A stretch of 64,000 nt of DNA from Azolla caroliniana (Eukaryota; Plantae; Polypodiophyta): positions 16,678,001 to 16,742,000 of the forward strand of contig JBHGNT010000005.1 of the NCBI GenBank assembly GCA_043228905.1. Direction: 5' to 3'. Position 1 is the first letter of the stretch; every line of letters begins with the position of its first letter. A model generated the notes under the pieces. The model made no database searches, had not been told where the DNA came from, and saw only the letters and a list, made by a program, of their open reading frames with translations. The position numbers and the translations under genes were made by a program. Shown here piece after piece: positions 14,001 through 26,887 of this stretch.

Positions 14001-14920
14001 GAAGACATGACGGGACTCGATCCTCAGTTATATCAACACCAGATATATCTGAGCAAAGACGCCAAACTGGTAGCGCAACGACGTTGTTGGATGAACCCGA
14101 ATTACACAACAAAGGTCAAAGAAGAAATCGACAAGTTGCTGAGAGTAGGCTTCATCCGACCGGTAAAGAAAGCCACATGGCTCAGCCTGATAGTGGTAGT
14201 ACCCAAAAAGAACGGTAAGATCAGAGTGTGCGTCGACTATTGGAAATTGAATGCGGCTACGGTAACGGACACCTTCCCACTTCCATTCACGGATGGAGTC
14301 CTGGATGAAGTTGCCGGTCATAAGGTGTACAGTTTTCTAGATGGTTTCAGCGGCTATAATCAGATCCGGATGCACCCCGTCGACCAGGAGAAAACCGCTT
14401 TTGTCACCGAATGGGGAGTCTTTGTTGCCGTAGTGATGATGTTCGGACTGAAAACGGCACTGGCAACCCTCCAACGGATCATTATGGAAATTTTCGGGGA
14501 ATTCATTCCGACATTCATGCAGGTGTTCTTGGACGACTTTGCTGTTTATAGTCGGGAAGGGGATCACCTTCAGCACCTCCGACTATGTTTGGAGAAATGT
14601 AGGGTTTACCGGCTAAGCCTTAACCCGACAAAATGCGTGTTCAGAGTAACCAACGGAATGTTACTGGGCCACATAGTGAGCAAGGACGGTATCGCAGTGG
14701 ATCTGGACAAAGTAAAAGCAATCCTGGAGGCACCGGCACCAGCCACGGCAAAGGCATTAAGCGGGTTTTTAGGACAAATTCGGTGGCATAGCCGAATGCT
14801 CTGGTATCTGGATAGACCTGGCTACACCATTGCATGCCGCGGTACATCGGACACCGTTCCAATGGATGAACACAAAAAACCAGGCTTACCGGGCGCTAAA
14901 AGTACTGTTATCACATGTGC
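11051..14920 (+). pseudogene. gag-pol of element B (capsid, zinc knuckles, protease, RT)
   Basis: CTVCLNVGHLALEC, CLLCHSRSHTMERC and CYYCRQEGHYSNQC knuckles; IIDGGSGVNVIS; FLDGFSGYNQI and FLDDF; several stops and frameshifts; pol breaks off near the A-run at 14929-14940. Confidence 0.9.
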
Positions 14921-14950
14921 GGGTAATGAAAAAAAAAAAACAGGTGCGAA

Positions 14951-17933
14951 CATGCAACAAGAAGACCCCCGCCACATAGAAACCCTTACATTTCGCGAAC
15001 AGAGGAGCACAAACGCAGACAGGTGATTGAAGATCAGCAAACGCGAACCCACGCACACAGAGACTCCGTACACACAACCCTCACCAGCGCTCACCGACCT
15101 CGATGAAGCCATGGACTGCCAAACACTCTCTGAAGCAGCCAAGAAGTGGCTAAGGCAACACAGCTTAGAGGGTTTCCTCACCATCATGGAGGCGCCACCG
15201 CACCGGGAGGCGGAGAAGATAGTCAAAGAAATCGACACGGAGCTGATTACTGAGGAGGCCATCCATGCGTTGATTTGCCTTCCGGAAGGGGGAATCTTCA
15301 CTATCGATAACCCTACCTTGGAACAACTCCGAAAATACTTTGGGGAATACTCTCTGACAAGCAAGGCCTACCGGACTTAGGGCGGCGAAGATCCTCTCTT
15401 TCAAGAGATTGCCCGGGTGCTCCATGAATTTGGACATGTATACCCTCGACCCCCCTACATGCCCCAGAACCGGGCCGGCTTAATCATAGCCACATATGAA
15501 GGCGTGAAGGTGGACTGGGCGGTACTAATTGCGGATGGCCTTTGTGCGGTCATCGACTTTGTCAGAGGCAAAGAGGGTCGGAAGATATGGACGGCGGTGG
15601 CGCAATGGCTCACTCTATTGGCGCCACCTATCGAGCCCGTCAAGACCACGAAGCGGGGAAGAACAACTAAGGGCACCCCGAAGACGGCCTCTAAACGGCA
15701 GCAATTGTGGGCATCTAAGGCAACCAAAAGGAAGGCGGACGACACGGACCAGGCGGCAAAGGAGCGCGCCAACAGGAAGCGGAAAGCTGAAACGCAGGAG
15801 GAGCCACTGGTGTGGCCAATCAAGATCAGGCTTAGCCGACTGGTTCAACAAGCGCCGGACCCCTTGGTAGCGAAAATCAACATCGGGACTCAGGAGGAGG
15901 AAACGGATGAGGAACCGTTAGGGCGCCAGAAGGCAAGCACCTCTGAACATGCCGGGGAGCGTTCGGACCCAAAGAAGGATGGAACGCCTGTACCCCGCCC
16001 TGAGCAGCCCGCACCAAGGATGGAACCGGAACCGGAACCGGTTTGGACAGAACCGGCCACAGAGCCCCCTGCACAACAACCTCTACTGGCGGGTCAGGAT
16101 ACGACAAGATCCGATATGCCAGCGCCGGAAGTACAGTTGCTGACCCCACCAGCAAGCCAAGAGCATTCAGAGGTGGAGCGGCCAATGGAGCTGCAACTTG
16201 AACGGAAAAGTGGTCACCAACAAGAGCCAGAGTTGCAGCTCGACGCAACTGGACAAAACCAACCACTGGCCAGCGACACTAACAGCCAACCCTCCGGGCA
16301 GACGCAACAATAAGGCACCGGCAGCCAATGGCTCCGGTGGATTGGAGAATAGATTGCTGGAGTGGTACACTACATAGAGGCGGAAGAGAAAGTGCAGATG
16401 GACCAGTTGCTCGTCACAACCGGAGAACTAGAGACGGCCCGGTCAAGGATCCGGAGCCTAGAATAGGACTTGGACCTGACCACAGAAGAATTGGCCAAAA
16501 TGGCCTTAACCGGACCACAGCTCCAAGCACCGGTGACCCCGGTCGATGTACAAAATAAAGAAGCACCAACACCTGTACATAGCAATAAGACCCCGGAGAT
16601 AGTGGCAGCGCAAGCAAAAGAGCTTGCTGAATTAAGAGATGAACTGGCTGCACAGGAAGCATTACACACCCGAGAGCGGGACTTGAAGAAAGCGGTAGAA
16701 GAAGAGCAACGAAAGACTGTTGAGAACCTTCGCCGAGCAGAAGAGAATCTGCGGAAAGGACATCAGGCCTACGACCGGCTGAAGGAGGAGAAAGAGAAGG
16801 CGCTGCAAGAAAAGGAGAAGCTGCGACGGATGGCGGAAATAGAGATCGAAAGGCTGAAAGAAGAACTCCGTCAGCAAAAGGACCGGGTAGACTGCGCTCG
16901 TCGGCAACTCAACCAAAAGCTGAAGCAGAAAACCGATGATTTTGAGCACCTGCATCGTGATTACAAGCACCTGGATACGGAGCATAAGAAATAGCGGGAG
17001 AAGATGGTAGAGTTCGGGTAGGAGGTACATCGGGTTGAGACGACGCTGGCGGAGGAACGGGCTGAAAAAACCACGCTGCTGGAGGAAGCCACGCAAGAAT
17101 GGATGGAGCTGCATAAGCAACATTAGGAAGAGAAGGAAAGAGCGACGATGATCTTGCAAAGGCTGTAGACCACTTATGAAACCCAACTGTCACATTACCG
17201 GGAGTAGGAGGTGGATACGGTGGCACTCATCAAGCAGTTGAAGGACGAACGACAAGCCGCGAAGGACAAATCAAAGATGGGATTGGAGCGGATCCAGTTC
17301 ATTGTCCAGGCATGGAGGAACAAGATCAAACGCTTGATTGACGAAAGCTCTGCGCAATGGTGGGACAAATGGGCAAAGCACACAGCTGAGCTCCAGTTGC
17401 TACGGGCAGATGCGGAAAACTGGCAGAAGGATGGCGACGACTGTTACATGCTAACGAAGGAGGACTTCACTGCCATCAGAGAGGAGTTAGCTGAAGATTT
17501 TATAACTATGGCGGAGGAGCAGGCAGCAGTGGTCCGACAACTTGTAGCCCAGCTAGATGATGATCGACTGGATGCTCAAATCTAGTTTGAGAGCTATGAG
17601 CGGACCAGGCTACGGAGAGAAGAAGCAAAGCAGGCGGCGACCGTCAACCTCAGCGATGAGGAGCCATCACCGGAGCAAGGACCGGACGGAGACAAAGCCG
17701 GGACGACTCAACCGGAGTCAAATCCGGTGGAGCAGCTAACGGAGGAATCACCGCCACAATCGCCGGTACCGAGAGCCGAACAGACGCCCGCTCAGGAGCA
17801 ACAGTCGGAGGAGCCGCAGCCACCGCAACAACAACAACAACAACAACAACAACAGCCGCGGCAACAACCGAATTCTGAACAACCATTGGATACCCTGGAG
17901 CAGAGTATTCTGGACATCTTGGACGAAAGCTAA
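14951..17933 (+). pseudogene. Extra ORF of element B (about 900-1000 codons, with stops)
   Basis: KKWLRQHSLEGF...YFGEYSLTSKAYRT...MPQNRAGLIIATYEGVKVDWA, a P/E/Q linker, a coiled coil, WWDKWAKHTAELQLLRADAENWQKDG, and poly-Q from a CAA repeat near 17826-17855. Confidence 0.8.
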
Positions 17934-18433
17934 GGGCTAGATAGTGGGATTCGACGTACAAGGTACTGTCCCATGGGCGTGCTATGTGTTACCCGGCCGA
18001 CAAAGGAGCAGAGACCAGAATGTGAAAGGGATGGTTATTCGGAAGATATTTAATTAAGTAGATTAGATTATAATTATGTAGGGAACGGACGAGCCGGAAT
18101 CGGTATGCCGATCCGGATCCAGACCTATTCCAAATAGCTTCCGGTTGGCACCGTTTTGTACGCAGCACCGGGGACCTATATAAAGGCCCGGTTACAATGT
18201 ATAACTTTAACGGAGAATTAATATAAGCTTCTTGTTTTATCTTCACGTATTGATTACCGTTCTGAATTAATTGTTATATCTTACGCGTGTATTAAGTGTA
18301 TGCCTTATTGCTAAGTAGCTAATTAAGTCGAAGTAATCGTTGTGTCGTAAGTTATCTTGCCGTAACACCCTTTGGTGAAGTGTCTTCCGGAGACACCCTA
18401 AGTTAGGCCATTGTCTGGCCCTAAGGAATAACA

Positions 18434-19240
18434 GTCGGTCATCGCGTGGGTTTCGATCTGTATACCGGGGTCGTTCTTCTTGGCGCTTTTGCTCATTACG
18501 GCGAGGGGGGCGTTGTGTTTCCACGCTTCGTACTGTGGGTGTGGATCTGTTCAACATATTGTACTCACACTGATCGATCGTGTGAGCTTTTGAGTGACAG
18601 ATTGGGTAGTGGATTCGCATGTTGCATTCAACTGTGGAATGCCCAGAATTTAAGCAAATTGTGCACTGGATTGCCTGGCAAAAATGTCATTCCTCGTCCT
18701 GAGGTAACGCTTGCCGTAATGAGGACATGGAAAACCTTTCCTCTTCTTTGTCCAACTCGAGCTGTAGCGCTCGTTCTATGACCATATCGACCGTTTCTCC
18801 TTTCACGCTATTGTTGTTGACCGTTGTCCGTATCGGTCGTCGTAAAGCTGCTAGAAATGTTTCCCGAGCCTCGTCCTCCATTGGGCCTCGTTCTAATTTC
18901 CGCCGTAGATTTTGGAAGCGTAAACTGAAATCCACTACAGTCTCGGTCGACAATTGTTTAATTGCATAAAACTGCCCGAGGATTTCGCGTTGCGGCACCC
19001 TCCGATCAAAGAAACGCAGAAAGGCCGATTGTAGTTGGTCGAAGGTCATGATTGCTAGTAGATCCATCTGGGAATGCCAAAACGCCGCTCTCCCATCCAG
19101 GGTTAATCCGAACTCGATAATTTTGGACTGGTGCACTACTTCTTCGGAAAGTTTCTATGCCATGTGATTTGCATTCCAAACATTCAGGAACAGACGAATG
19201 TGGGTTGTAGCGTTGGTTTCGCCATTGAAGTAGGGATAAG
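18434..19240 (-). pseudogene. gag of element A
   Basis: FSYPYFNGETNATTHIRLFLNVW, EFGLTLDGRAAFWH and CHSKAHTIDQCEYN are homologous to B gag. Confidence 0.85.
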
Positions 19241-19538
19241 AGAAGGCCATGCTGGACGCTACAACGGGCAAGGAAAGACCACAGTGCTTATGTGATGAGC
19301 ACGCTTCCATCTTGTCGTCGAGGTATTTGGTGAGCGAGAAATCGTCTTTGTGGTCCCAACAGGTATCTCTGAGGTCATTGAGGTGAGGTTTCTGCCATGC
19401 GCGTTCCTCTGCCTGGCGTGTGATGGACCTTGTGATAGGTCGGTCTTGTCGTGTTGGTTCTCTGGGATGTCGATGACTAAACATCCATTCGTCGCTATTC
19501 GTCTGTGAGGAGACACAGATCACCAGGCGTGCCAAAAG

Positions 19539-20010
19539 TGTTACCGATTAGGAACATGGTCTACAGTCAGTCCTTCGAGCTAGACCTCAAAGTGACTGTG
19601 TTGCAACGAATGGTACCATCGTACCGTAATACTTAATGGGATACCTCTCGTATCCTAGTAGCGTATAAGGGAGAGGGTTACAACCGAACTCCTTAGACCG
19701 TGCACTAGTAACCGCACTGTCACTCACACCTACGCTCTTACGATTACGCTACGCCACCAAGAAGCATAGACACACAGTAGATTAACCACAGATACGCACA
19801 GGGATCAGAGAAGATAGAACTCTATTAAGATACGCTTTCTGCATTCAAAATTACACGCTACCTCTATCAGAGGATTTCTGCCCTTTATATACACAGGGTC
19901 TTTTAGCCGTTCACGCTTCACGCGTGAACCGTTTACATGCGTTATGTTTTTACTATATTCTATATTTCTGCGCTCTTGTCCGTCAGTTACTATTCTGGCG
20001 GACAACAACA
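19539..20010 (-). repeat. 5' LTR of element A
   Basis: TGTT...TAACA ends, TATA-like ATATAAA near 19885, adjacent PBS. The outer end could be 20007 or 20010. Confidence 0.75.
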
Positions 20011-20019
20011 CTCAACCAA

Positions 20020-20560
20020 GGAAAGTCATGAATAGAATTTTGTAGAAAACAAACAAAACCTAGGAATGAACAAAGTTCTCGGATAGTACAAGGATAATGG
20101 TCATCCAATGCATGCCTATAAAGGAGAATTCATCCAAGGAATGGACAAAAAAATGACTATTTTGTCTCGAAAAGTGTCATTTATTTCTTTTCAAAAAGTG
20201 GTTAGAGTAGTAGACAAGCCAAATGGTATGACAGAAAAATCATAATGGCCATAGTATATATGAAATGGGGGTTTATGAACGTCTTCCTGAATAATTCTTA
20301 TTTGATGGTAGCTAGTTCGACTTTTGGTAAAGTATTAAGCACCATGCAAATGGTCAATCAAATTATCAACGTGTGGCAATGAATATTCTTTAGATGGTGA
20401 TGACATTTATCATGTTCCTTCTTTATTCTTGACTAAGATAACTAACAAATCCAAGAAGATTTACTATGATGAATGTGACCATCCTTAAGTAATCTTGAAG
20501 TTGTTTTGTGACCTTATCCTCTTCAAGGGGACTATATCAATAAGGTGGAATGTTCATAAG
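20020..20560 (-). pseudogene. Old, highly degenerate Ty3/Gypsy RT fragment
   Basis: Manual translation gives YSLPHVDNLIDHLHGA*YFTK...YHQIRIIQEDVHK, matching the LPRIDDLIDQLHGAKYF...YHQIRI consensus. Confidence 0.6.
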
Positions 20561-21766
20561 AGCAAAACCTAATATATTGAAATCTATTCTTTTCTTTTTT
20601 CCAAAATTAAGCTACTTTCCCATTAGTTAGGTAGGATTATTACAAAGAGACTGTACAAGGAGGCTTAAACATAGATCGGGGAATCTCCCTCCGATCAATT
20701 TCAAGAAATAAGAAAAGCACACCATACTACCCTTAGGCAAATGGCCTAGCCGAATCAACGAATAAAACTCTGCAAACCATCCTCAAAAAGATCGTGAACA
20801 AAAATCGAACCGATTGGGATGACAAACTGCATATGCTCTCTGGGCTTACCGAGCGACATTCAAAACGAGTATCCGATCTACTCTTTTTCGGATGGCTTTT
20901 GGGTTGGAAGTAGTCATGCCAATCAAGTTCTAGGTGCCAAATTTATGAGTCCAAATTACTGAACGATTGCCCGAGTCAGAGTTTGAACGGAAACGACTCG
21001 AACAATTACTCGAACTCAGGGAACACTGGATCGCTAGCCTGGCCCATTTAGAACAAGGGTAATGGAAATGAAAATCATTTGTCGATTGTCATCGAAAGGA
21101 ATTAGGGAAATAATTCGGAATTGGAAAACCAGTCCTCATCTTTCAAACACAACTCGACTCGATGCCGAGGAAGCTCTGTTTCCAGTGGATCGGCCTTTCT
21201 GGATTTTTAATGAATTTAATGGCACATTCCAGCTAGGTACTTTAGGCGGCAACGTCTTGCGGAGTTGGGTGAATGGCGTTTGGTTAAAACTGTTGTCATG
21301 AATATTCCCGGCCAAAGTGAGAAAACTAGACAAGTCAACGGAATCGGCAAGTTGGAACATGTGCACATGTACATTGGAAGATGGATGTAGAATAAAAGAG
21401 GGGGGGAATACTTATCCCACATTGTAACGTCTCTCCCTCATTGTGCTATAAAAGGAAGAGAGGGTCCCTTGTAAAAGGGGTTGCCCATTTGGAGTTAGGA
21501 GGGTATACCACTTAGATCTAGGGTTTGGTAGTTGTCTCTTCTTCTGACTTTCTTACTTTCTTACTTTCGTTTAGGGTTTCATTTGGGTTTTTCTTCTTCT
21601 TCTTCGTCATGTGGGTTGGGTTTCTCTTCTGAGTGGAGTCTTGTTAGTTTCCTCTATTAGGGTTTGTTGCTTCATCTCTGCCAGGGTTTGCTTAGTTCGT
21701 GTGCTTTGAGGCTCTAGTTCGTAGTTCCATCCTCTATGCAAGACCCCACTTGCAAGGCGAGCCCAT

Positions 21767-21950
21767 TGTCGCGTTGTTACGCGCGTGCGTGTAGAAAGGC
21801 GGAACCATAGGGGTCTTGGACTAGGGAGTCACGGAGCGTAGGAAGTCGTGCTTCACCCTTTTCGGGGCACCCAAGGAGCACACCGGAAGCAACCAAATGA
21901 GAGAGAGAAAGAGAGGGAGATAGAGAGGGAGTGCGCGCTTGACACCGACT

Positions 21951-22008
<58 letters not shown>

Positions 22009-25000
22009 GACCCGACTCATGTCCTTATGTGTAGGAACGCAGGAAAGGGGAAGCACCCGACACCAACAGAGACACGAGTATACACAGACAGACGCAAAAG
22101 TATGTATTACAAGGGAAAGAATACAACCCCGGCTTCGAGCCGGACCAAGCTAGGGTAGGTTACAACAACAGTTTGCAGGCAAGCCGCCGTCCGGGGAGCT
22201 CTCGTGCCCGTCACGCAGAGTGGGGTCTTGCACAGGAGACCGAGCGGGAATAACCCTCCATAGTCCACCCACACCGCGAAGAAGAGGAAGAAGAAGTAGA
22301 AGAACTAACCCTAAATCTAACGATATACCCTCTAACACAAAATGGGCAACCCCTCTACAAGGGACCATCCCTTCCTTTTATAGAACAAGGAGAGGGATGC
22401 GTTACAATGTGGGATAAAACCCGATTTACATGGGATTATTCGTCCCGACTTGACTCTTATTATTCACACAATTACATGAGGGTGAGTGCACATGGTGCAC
22501 CCCGCCGATGTAGCCAATATTTCCCGGTTTCCGCCTCTGGACGAAATTCTTCACGACATCTGCCCCCACCTAACCGCACGTCCACCGGTACGTGCCAAAT
22601 CCGGTGAAGGGTGAGAGATTTCGGCCAGTGAGAAACCGGTCTTCCGTAATCCGCATCCCGGCTCACTGCCGGTTTGAACCGTCGGCTTCGGTTCTCCGTT
22701 CGCGCTTACCTCTCCGTAGGCTCGTTCGACCTGTCGATGGGTCCTTCGTCGTGATCTCCGTAGTACACGTACTTCCGCTGGCCCTTGTTTGGCCGTATGC
22801 ACGCTCCGTTCTCCACCGTACGTCCGATGTCCTTCGCTTGAGGAACGCCCGTTGTGGCCCACCTGGCCTCCGTTGACCATTCGTGTGGTCCTGATCGTTG
22901 TCCCACGTTGTTCCCCGCCACCTTCGTCCCCTCACCGCCACCTTCCTTCTCCTTGGTCTTATGTCGCCACGTCGGCTCGGACAGCCAAGGCCTTCGGAAC
23001 AGTGTGGAGGTTCCTCCTCCGGTCTTCTACGCACGACCTCCGAACCGGGCGACCCATTCTTCGCGCTCGCCTTTCTGGTTCAGCACCTCCGTGTGCCGTC
23101 TTCCGCTTCCTTTGTTCGGAGCCGCCCGTGCCGAACACCGTCCCGTAGTCACGCTTCGATCCGGCCCGCGATGGCCACTTGCGAGACTTTTGTTCTGCCC
23201 TAGGTGTGCCTTTCTGGCCCGACACACCTTCCCGTGTTTGCCCCTACTAGCTCCTTCCGAAACCGTAACCGGCCGGTAAGGGCTCCGCACTTCGTCCATC
23301 CCGTCTTACCGACCTTTGTCGATGCCGAGTCCCGTCCCTTGCCACCACCTTCCTTCTCCCTCGGTCTTATGTTGCCACGTCGGCCGAACATCCGTGGTCT
23401 TCGGAACGGTGTGAAGATCCCATAGGACCGATCTTCGTTTCGTTGCTTGTCGAAATTTAGGGTGTCTTTGTTTGAGTCCCTCGCGGATTCTCCTCATGTC
23501 TTCCGCGTAATCGGGTCCCGTTTCCTGCCGCCACCAACCTCTCTTGGTCTCATGTTGCCACGTTGGCCGAACAGCCGAAGTCTTTGGTTCGGTGTGGGGA
23601 TCCCGTAGGACCAGACTTCCTTACGCCCACTCACCTTGCCAGAAGGTTTGAGATGGTCTGTAGCCGCCTAGCCGGCCTGATACCTTCTTTCTCTACTTCC
23701 CTTGTCTGATCACGTTCACCTGCCGCCACCGATCTCCCTTATAGGACTCACGCCGGCACTCGGGCTGACCGCCGGATCGGTGTGAGGATCTTCGTGGGAC
23801 CTCGGTTTGCCCGCCCTTGTCCCCCCGCCGCCACCGTCAGTATCTTGGTCTTACGCCGACCGTGCTGCCGACTGCCGGAGTCTCTAGATTCGGTGTGAAG
23901 GATCCTCCTTGGGATCCTCGTATCCTTGACCCTTCTCCCAGGTCTTCCTTCCTTCGCAAGCCGAGAGGGTGGCTTACTCCACACCCTCTCCCGTGGTACC
24001 GACGTACCGTGTTCCCGGCCTCTTCTTAGGCCTGCTCTCTTCCTCCCTCCCAGAATGGTTATCTGGGAGTCCGCTCCGCCCGATTCTCGTTCGGGTCCGT
24101 TCGTCATTCTCCGGATTGCCGGGACCCGTTTTCCTGTCGCCACCGACCTCTCCTATAGGACTCACGCCAGCACTCGGGCCGACAGCCGGATTGGTGTGAA
24201 GATCTCATGGGACTGGTCTTTGTTCTCCTCTTCATCCCCCGTACTTCTCCGTAACTCGTCGTCGCTCTCCTTGCTGCGTTCCCGCCTCCATCTTCCATCT
24301 CTTTCGGTCTTGCCCCATCGGCCGAACAGCCGTAGTCTCCGGATAGGATGTGGCGTAACCGATTTCGCAACGTCTTTTGGCAACTCGTCCGGGCCACCGC
24401 CCCTTTTAGTGGTGTCGGTGGATAGCATCTGCTCTGTGATCAATCAAGCCCCGCCTGAGCTTGATTCTCCAATGTCCGGAGTTTCGGCTCCGACGCCGAT
24501 CTTGCCAGACTCGTTCCGAACCTCTGATCACCCTCCTTCCAATTCCCGACCTTCGCCCGGTCGGTTTTTCTCCCCATGTAAAAGAGGGCGGCTCGTCCCG
24601 CACCCTCTCCCATATCGGCACCTTTATGTCGAATCCGGCCCCGATCGAACAATCCGCGATCGGATCACGCTCCACCCGTATCGGAGCGTTGTGTGGTTAG
24701 GTCCCCGTTCAGGTCGTTCCTTGGTCTCCTCGTCGCCCTTTTCGCTGGCCATCTCCCATCCATCTTCGCTGGCATCGTGCCAGGACTCCTCGGTACCGCC
24801 ATCCATCTCCTCGGTCTTACATGGGCATACGGGCCCGAATGCCGAGTTCTCCGGAATCGGGTCCGTGGGCTTTCGTCCGCTCCTTCCCCGTATCGTCTCG
24901 CTGGTGATTCTTGGTCTCTCGCCACCGCCTTCCTCCTCTTTGGACTCACGTGGGCACTTGGGCCCGTCTGTCATCGTCTCGGGAGCAAGTGTGGGAAGAC

Positions 25001-26306
25001 ACAAAGAATCGCCCATCTGTTTTACGCCCTTGTCCGTAGCCACCGGCTCTTCGTGGTCGGCGGTCGTCTCCTTACTGATCGCGCAAGCCCGGTCTGGGCT
25101 TGCTTCTCCAATGACCGGGGTTTCGGGCTGACACGCTTGACACCGCTGGTTCCAATGTTCCGATCCCGCGATCGGTATCTCGACCTTGTCCTTGGCCGTT
25201 CTATCTCCGCAAGTCGAGAGGGCATTTTGTTCCGCACCCTCTCCCGTGGTACCATCGTACCGACCTTCCGTCATTGCGTGGGGCAAGTCTGTCTCCTCAG
25301 TGTCGGCTTGCGGCCTCTATCTTTCCTCTTCCTCGAGCATCACCTCGAGAGCTGCGTATGCCTCCGCAATCCTGGCCCCAACGCCGACCCTTGCCGACTC
25401 TCTTTGCCGTTCGGCCTCTTCCCGCTATGATGGCACGCCGTCGCGCCCCTTCCTCTTAGTCCTCTCGGCTCGCTCCTTATCTAGCCATTGGCACACCCTT
25501 CCGACCTTTGACCAGTCCTCCGTAAGCCCATTCACTCCATCGTCGTCTTCGAGCTCAATCCCGATGGCCTCCCGTTCCTCTCGGTCAATCGACCTGACGA
25601 ACAATAGGACTTTGTCCGCCCCCACCAAACCTTGTTCCCGCTCCGGAAGCCGAGCAAGCTGTCGCTCGAACTCTCGGAATGCCTTCGTTGCGCCCCGGTG
25701 GGTCTTTGCCGACGATATCCATTGGTCGAAGTCACGCCTTCCCCGGCCTTTCGGCCACCCTCCGTATGCCTTCAGGAGCGCCTCTTCGAAGGCCTCCCAC
25801 GAACTATGAGCCTCACGGAGCTCCTTTACTTCCGCATGCATCCGGAAAACTACGACCCGACAGAAGAACTCCAGCTTCAACGCCTTGTCTACGCCACGCA
25901 CTTCTATTTCCGCGTTGTAGGCTTCCAAGTAAAATGGGACCTTGTCCCCATTGAAACGGCCAACTCTTTCGACCACTCGTTCAATAGATTGTTGCACTGC
26001 TTCTCGCCTCATGACCACTCGTGCAGACTCCAACACCACTTCGGCCACCATCTCCGCGAGGTCATCATCTTCGGGCTCCATCCTCCCTTGCCGCCTTTCA
26101 CATCGGGTTCACCAAATATGTCGCGTTGTTACGCGCGTGTGTGTAGAAAGGCGGGACCACGGGGGTCCTGGACTAGGGAGTGACGGAGCGTAGGAAGTCG
26201 TGCTTCACCCTTTTCGGGGCACCCAAGGAGCACACCGAAGCAACCAAACGAGAGAGAGAAAGAGAGGGAGATAGAGACGGAGCGTGCGCTTGACACCGAC
26301 TCACGC

Positions 26307-26337
<31 letters not shown>

Positions 26338-26887
26338 GACCCGACTCACGCCCTTATGTGCAGGAACGCAGGAAAGGTGAAGCACCCGACACCAATAGAG
26401 ACACGAGTATACATAGACAGATGCAAAAGTATGTATTACAAGGGAAAGAATACAACCCCGGCTTCGAGCCGGACCAAGTTAGGGTAGGTTACAACAACAG
26501 TCTGTAGCCATGTCGCCGTTCGGGGAGCTCTCGGGCTCGTCACGTAGAGCGGGGTCTTGCACAGGAGACCGAGTGGGAAGAACCCTCCATAGTCCACCCA
26601 CACCGCGAAGAAGAGGAAGAAGAAGTAGAAGAATTAACCCTAAATCTAACGGTATACCCTCTAACACAAAATGGGCAACCCCTCTACAAGGGACCATCCC
26701 TTCCTTTTATAGAACAAGGAGAGGGATGCGTTACAATGTGGGATAAATCCCGATTTACATGGGATTCTTCGTCCCGACTTGACTCTTATTATTCACACAA
26801 TTACATGAGGGTGAGTGCACATGGTGCACCCCGCCGATGTAGCCAATATTTCCCGGTTTCCGCCTCTGGACGAAATTCTTCACGACA
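21767..26887 (-). mobile_element. Non-autonomous LTR element C (gag-like ORF only)
   Basis: LTRs 21767-22558 and 26119-26887 (TG...CA, with a (CA)n tract), PBS TGGTGAACCCGA at 26114-26103, PPT GGTGGGGGCAGA at 22570-22559, TSD CCAT/CCGT. No pol motifs. Confidence 0.92.
25425..26081 (-). CDS. Gag-like N-terminal domain of C, followed by frameshifted low-complexity R/E/G-rich sequence to ~22600
   Basis: VERVGRFNGDKVPFYLEAYNAE aligns with D (VQRNGEFDGKDVSRYLHDY) and E (IERISRFNGEDITRFLEVY). Confidence 0.75.
   Translation of the reverse strand: MEPEDDDLAEMVAEVVLESARVVMRREAVQQSIERVVERVGRFNGDKVPFYLEAYNAEIEVRGVDKALKLEFFCRVVVFRMHAEVKELREAHSSWEAFEEALLKAYGGWPKGRGRRDFDQWISSAKTHRGATKAFREFERQLARLPEREQGLVGADKVLLFVRSIDREEREAIGIELEDDDGVNGLTEDWSKVGRVCQWLDKERAERTKRKGRDGVPS

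Larger units (their letters stand above)
10591..18433 (+). mobile_element. Ty3/Gypsy element B nested in A, internally deleted (no RNase H or integrase)
   Basis: 5' LTR 10591-10995 (first ~40 bp lost) matches 3' LTR 17987-18433 (TGTTA...TAACA). PBS TGGCGACCAC at 11003, tRNA-Arg-like. Contains gag, protease, RT and the extra ORF. Confidence 0.92.
5703..20010 (-). mobile_element. Ty3/Gypsy element A, degenerate and 3'-truncated, split by element B
   Basis: 5' LTR about 19539-20010, PBS TGGCACGCCTGGTG at 19534-19521, gag 19240-18434, protease/RT 10590-9219, RNase H 9005-8535, integrase tail about 8530-8200, extra ORF 7852-5703. No 3' LTR found. Confidence 0.85.

Noticed and set aside
21777-22153. 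CVCV/HTHT ORFs
   Set aside because: They derive from the (CA)n microsatellite in C's LTR.
22560-25800. Many overlapping ORFs such as 23926-25131 (+) and 28067-29230 (-)
   Set aside because: They are antisense shadows of GC-rich low-complexity gag tails with no recognisable domains.
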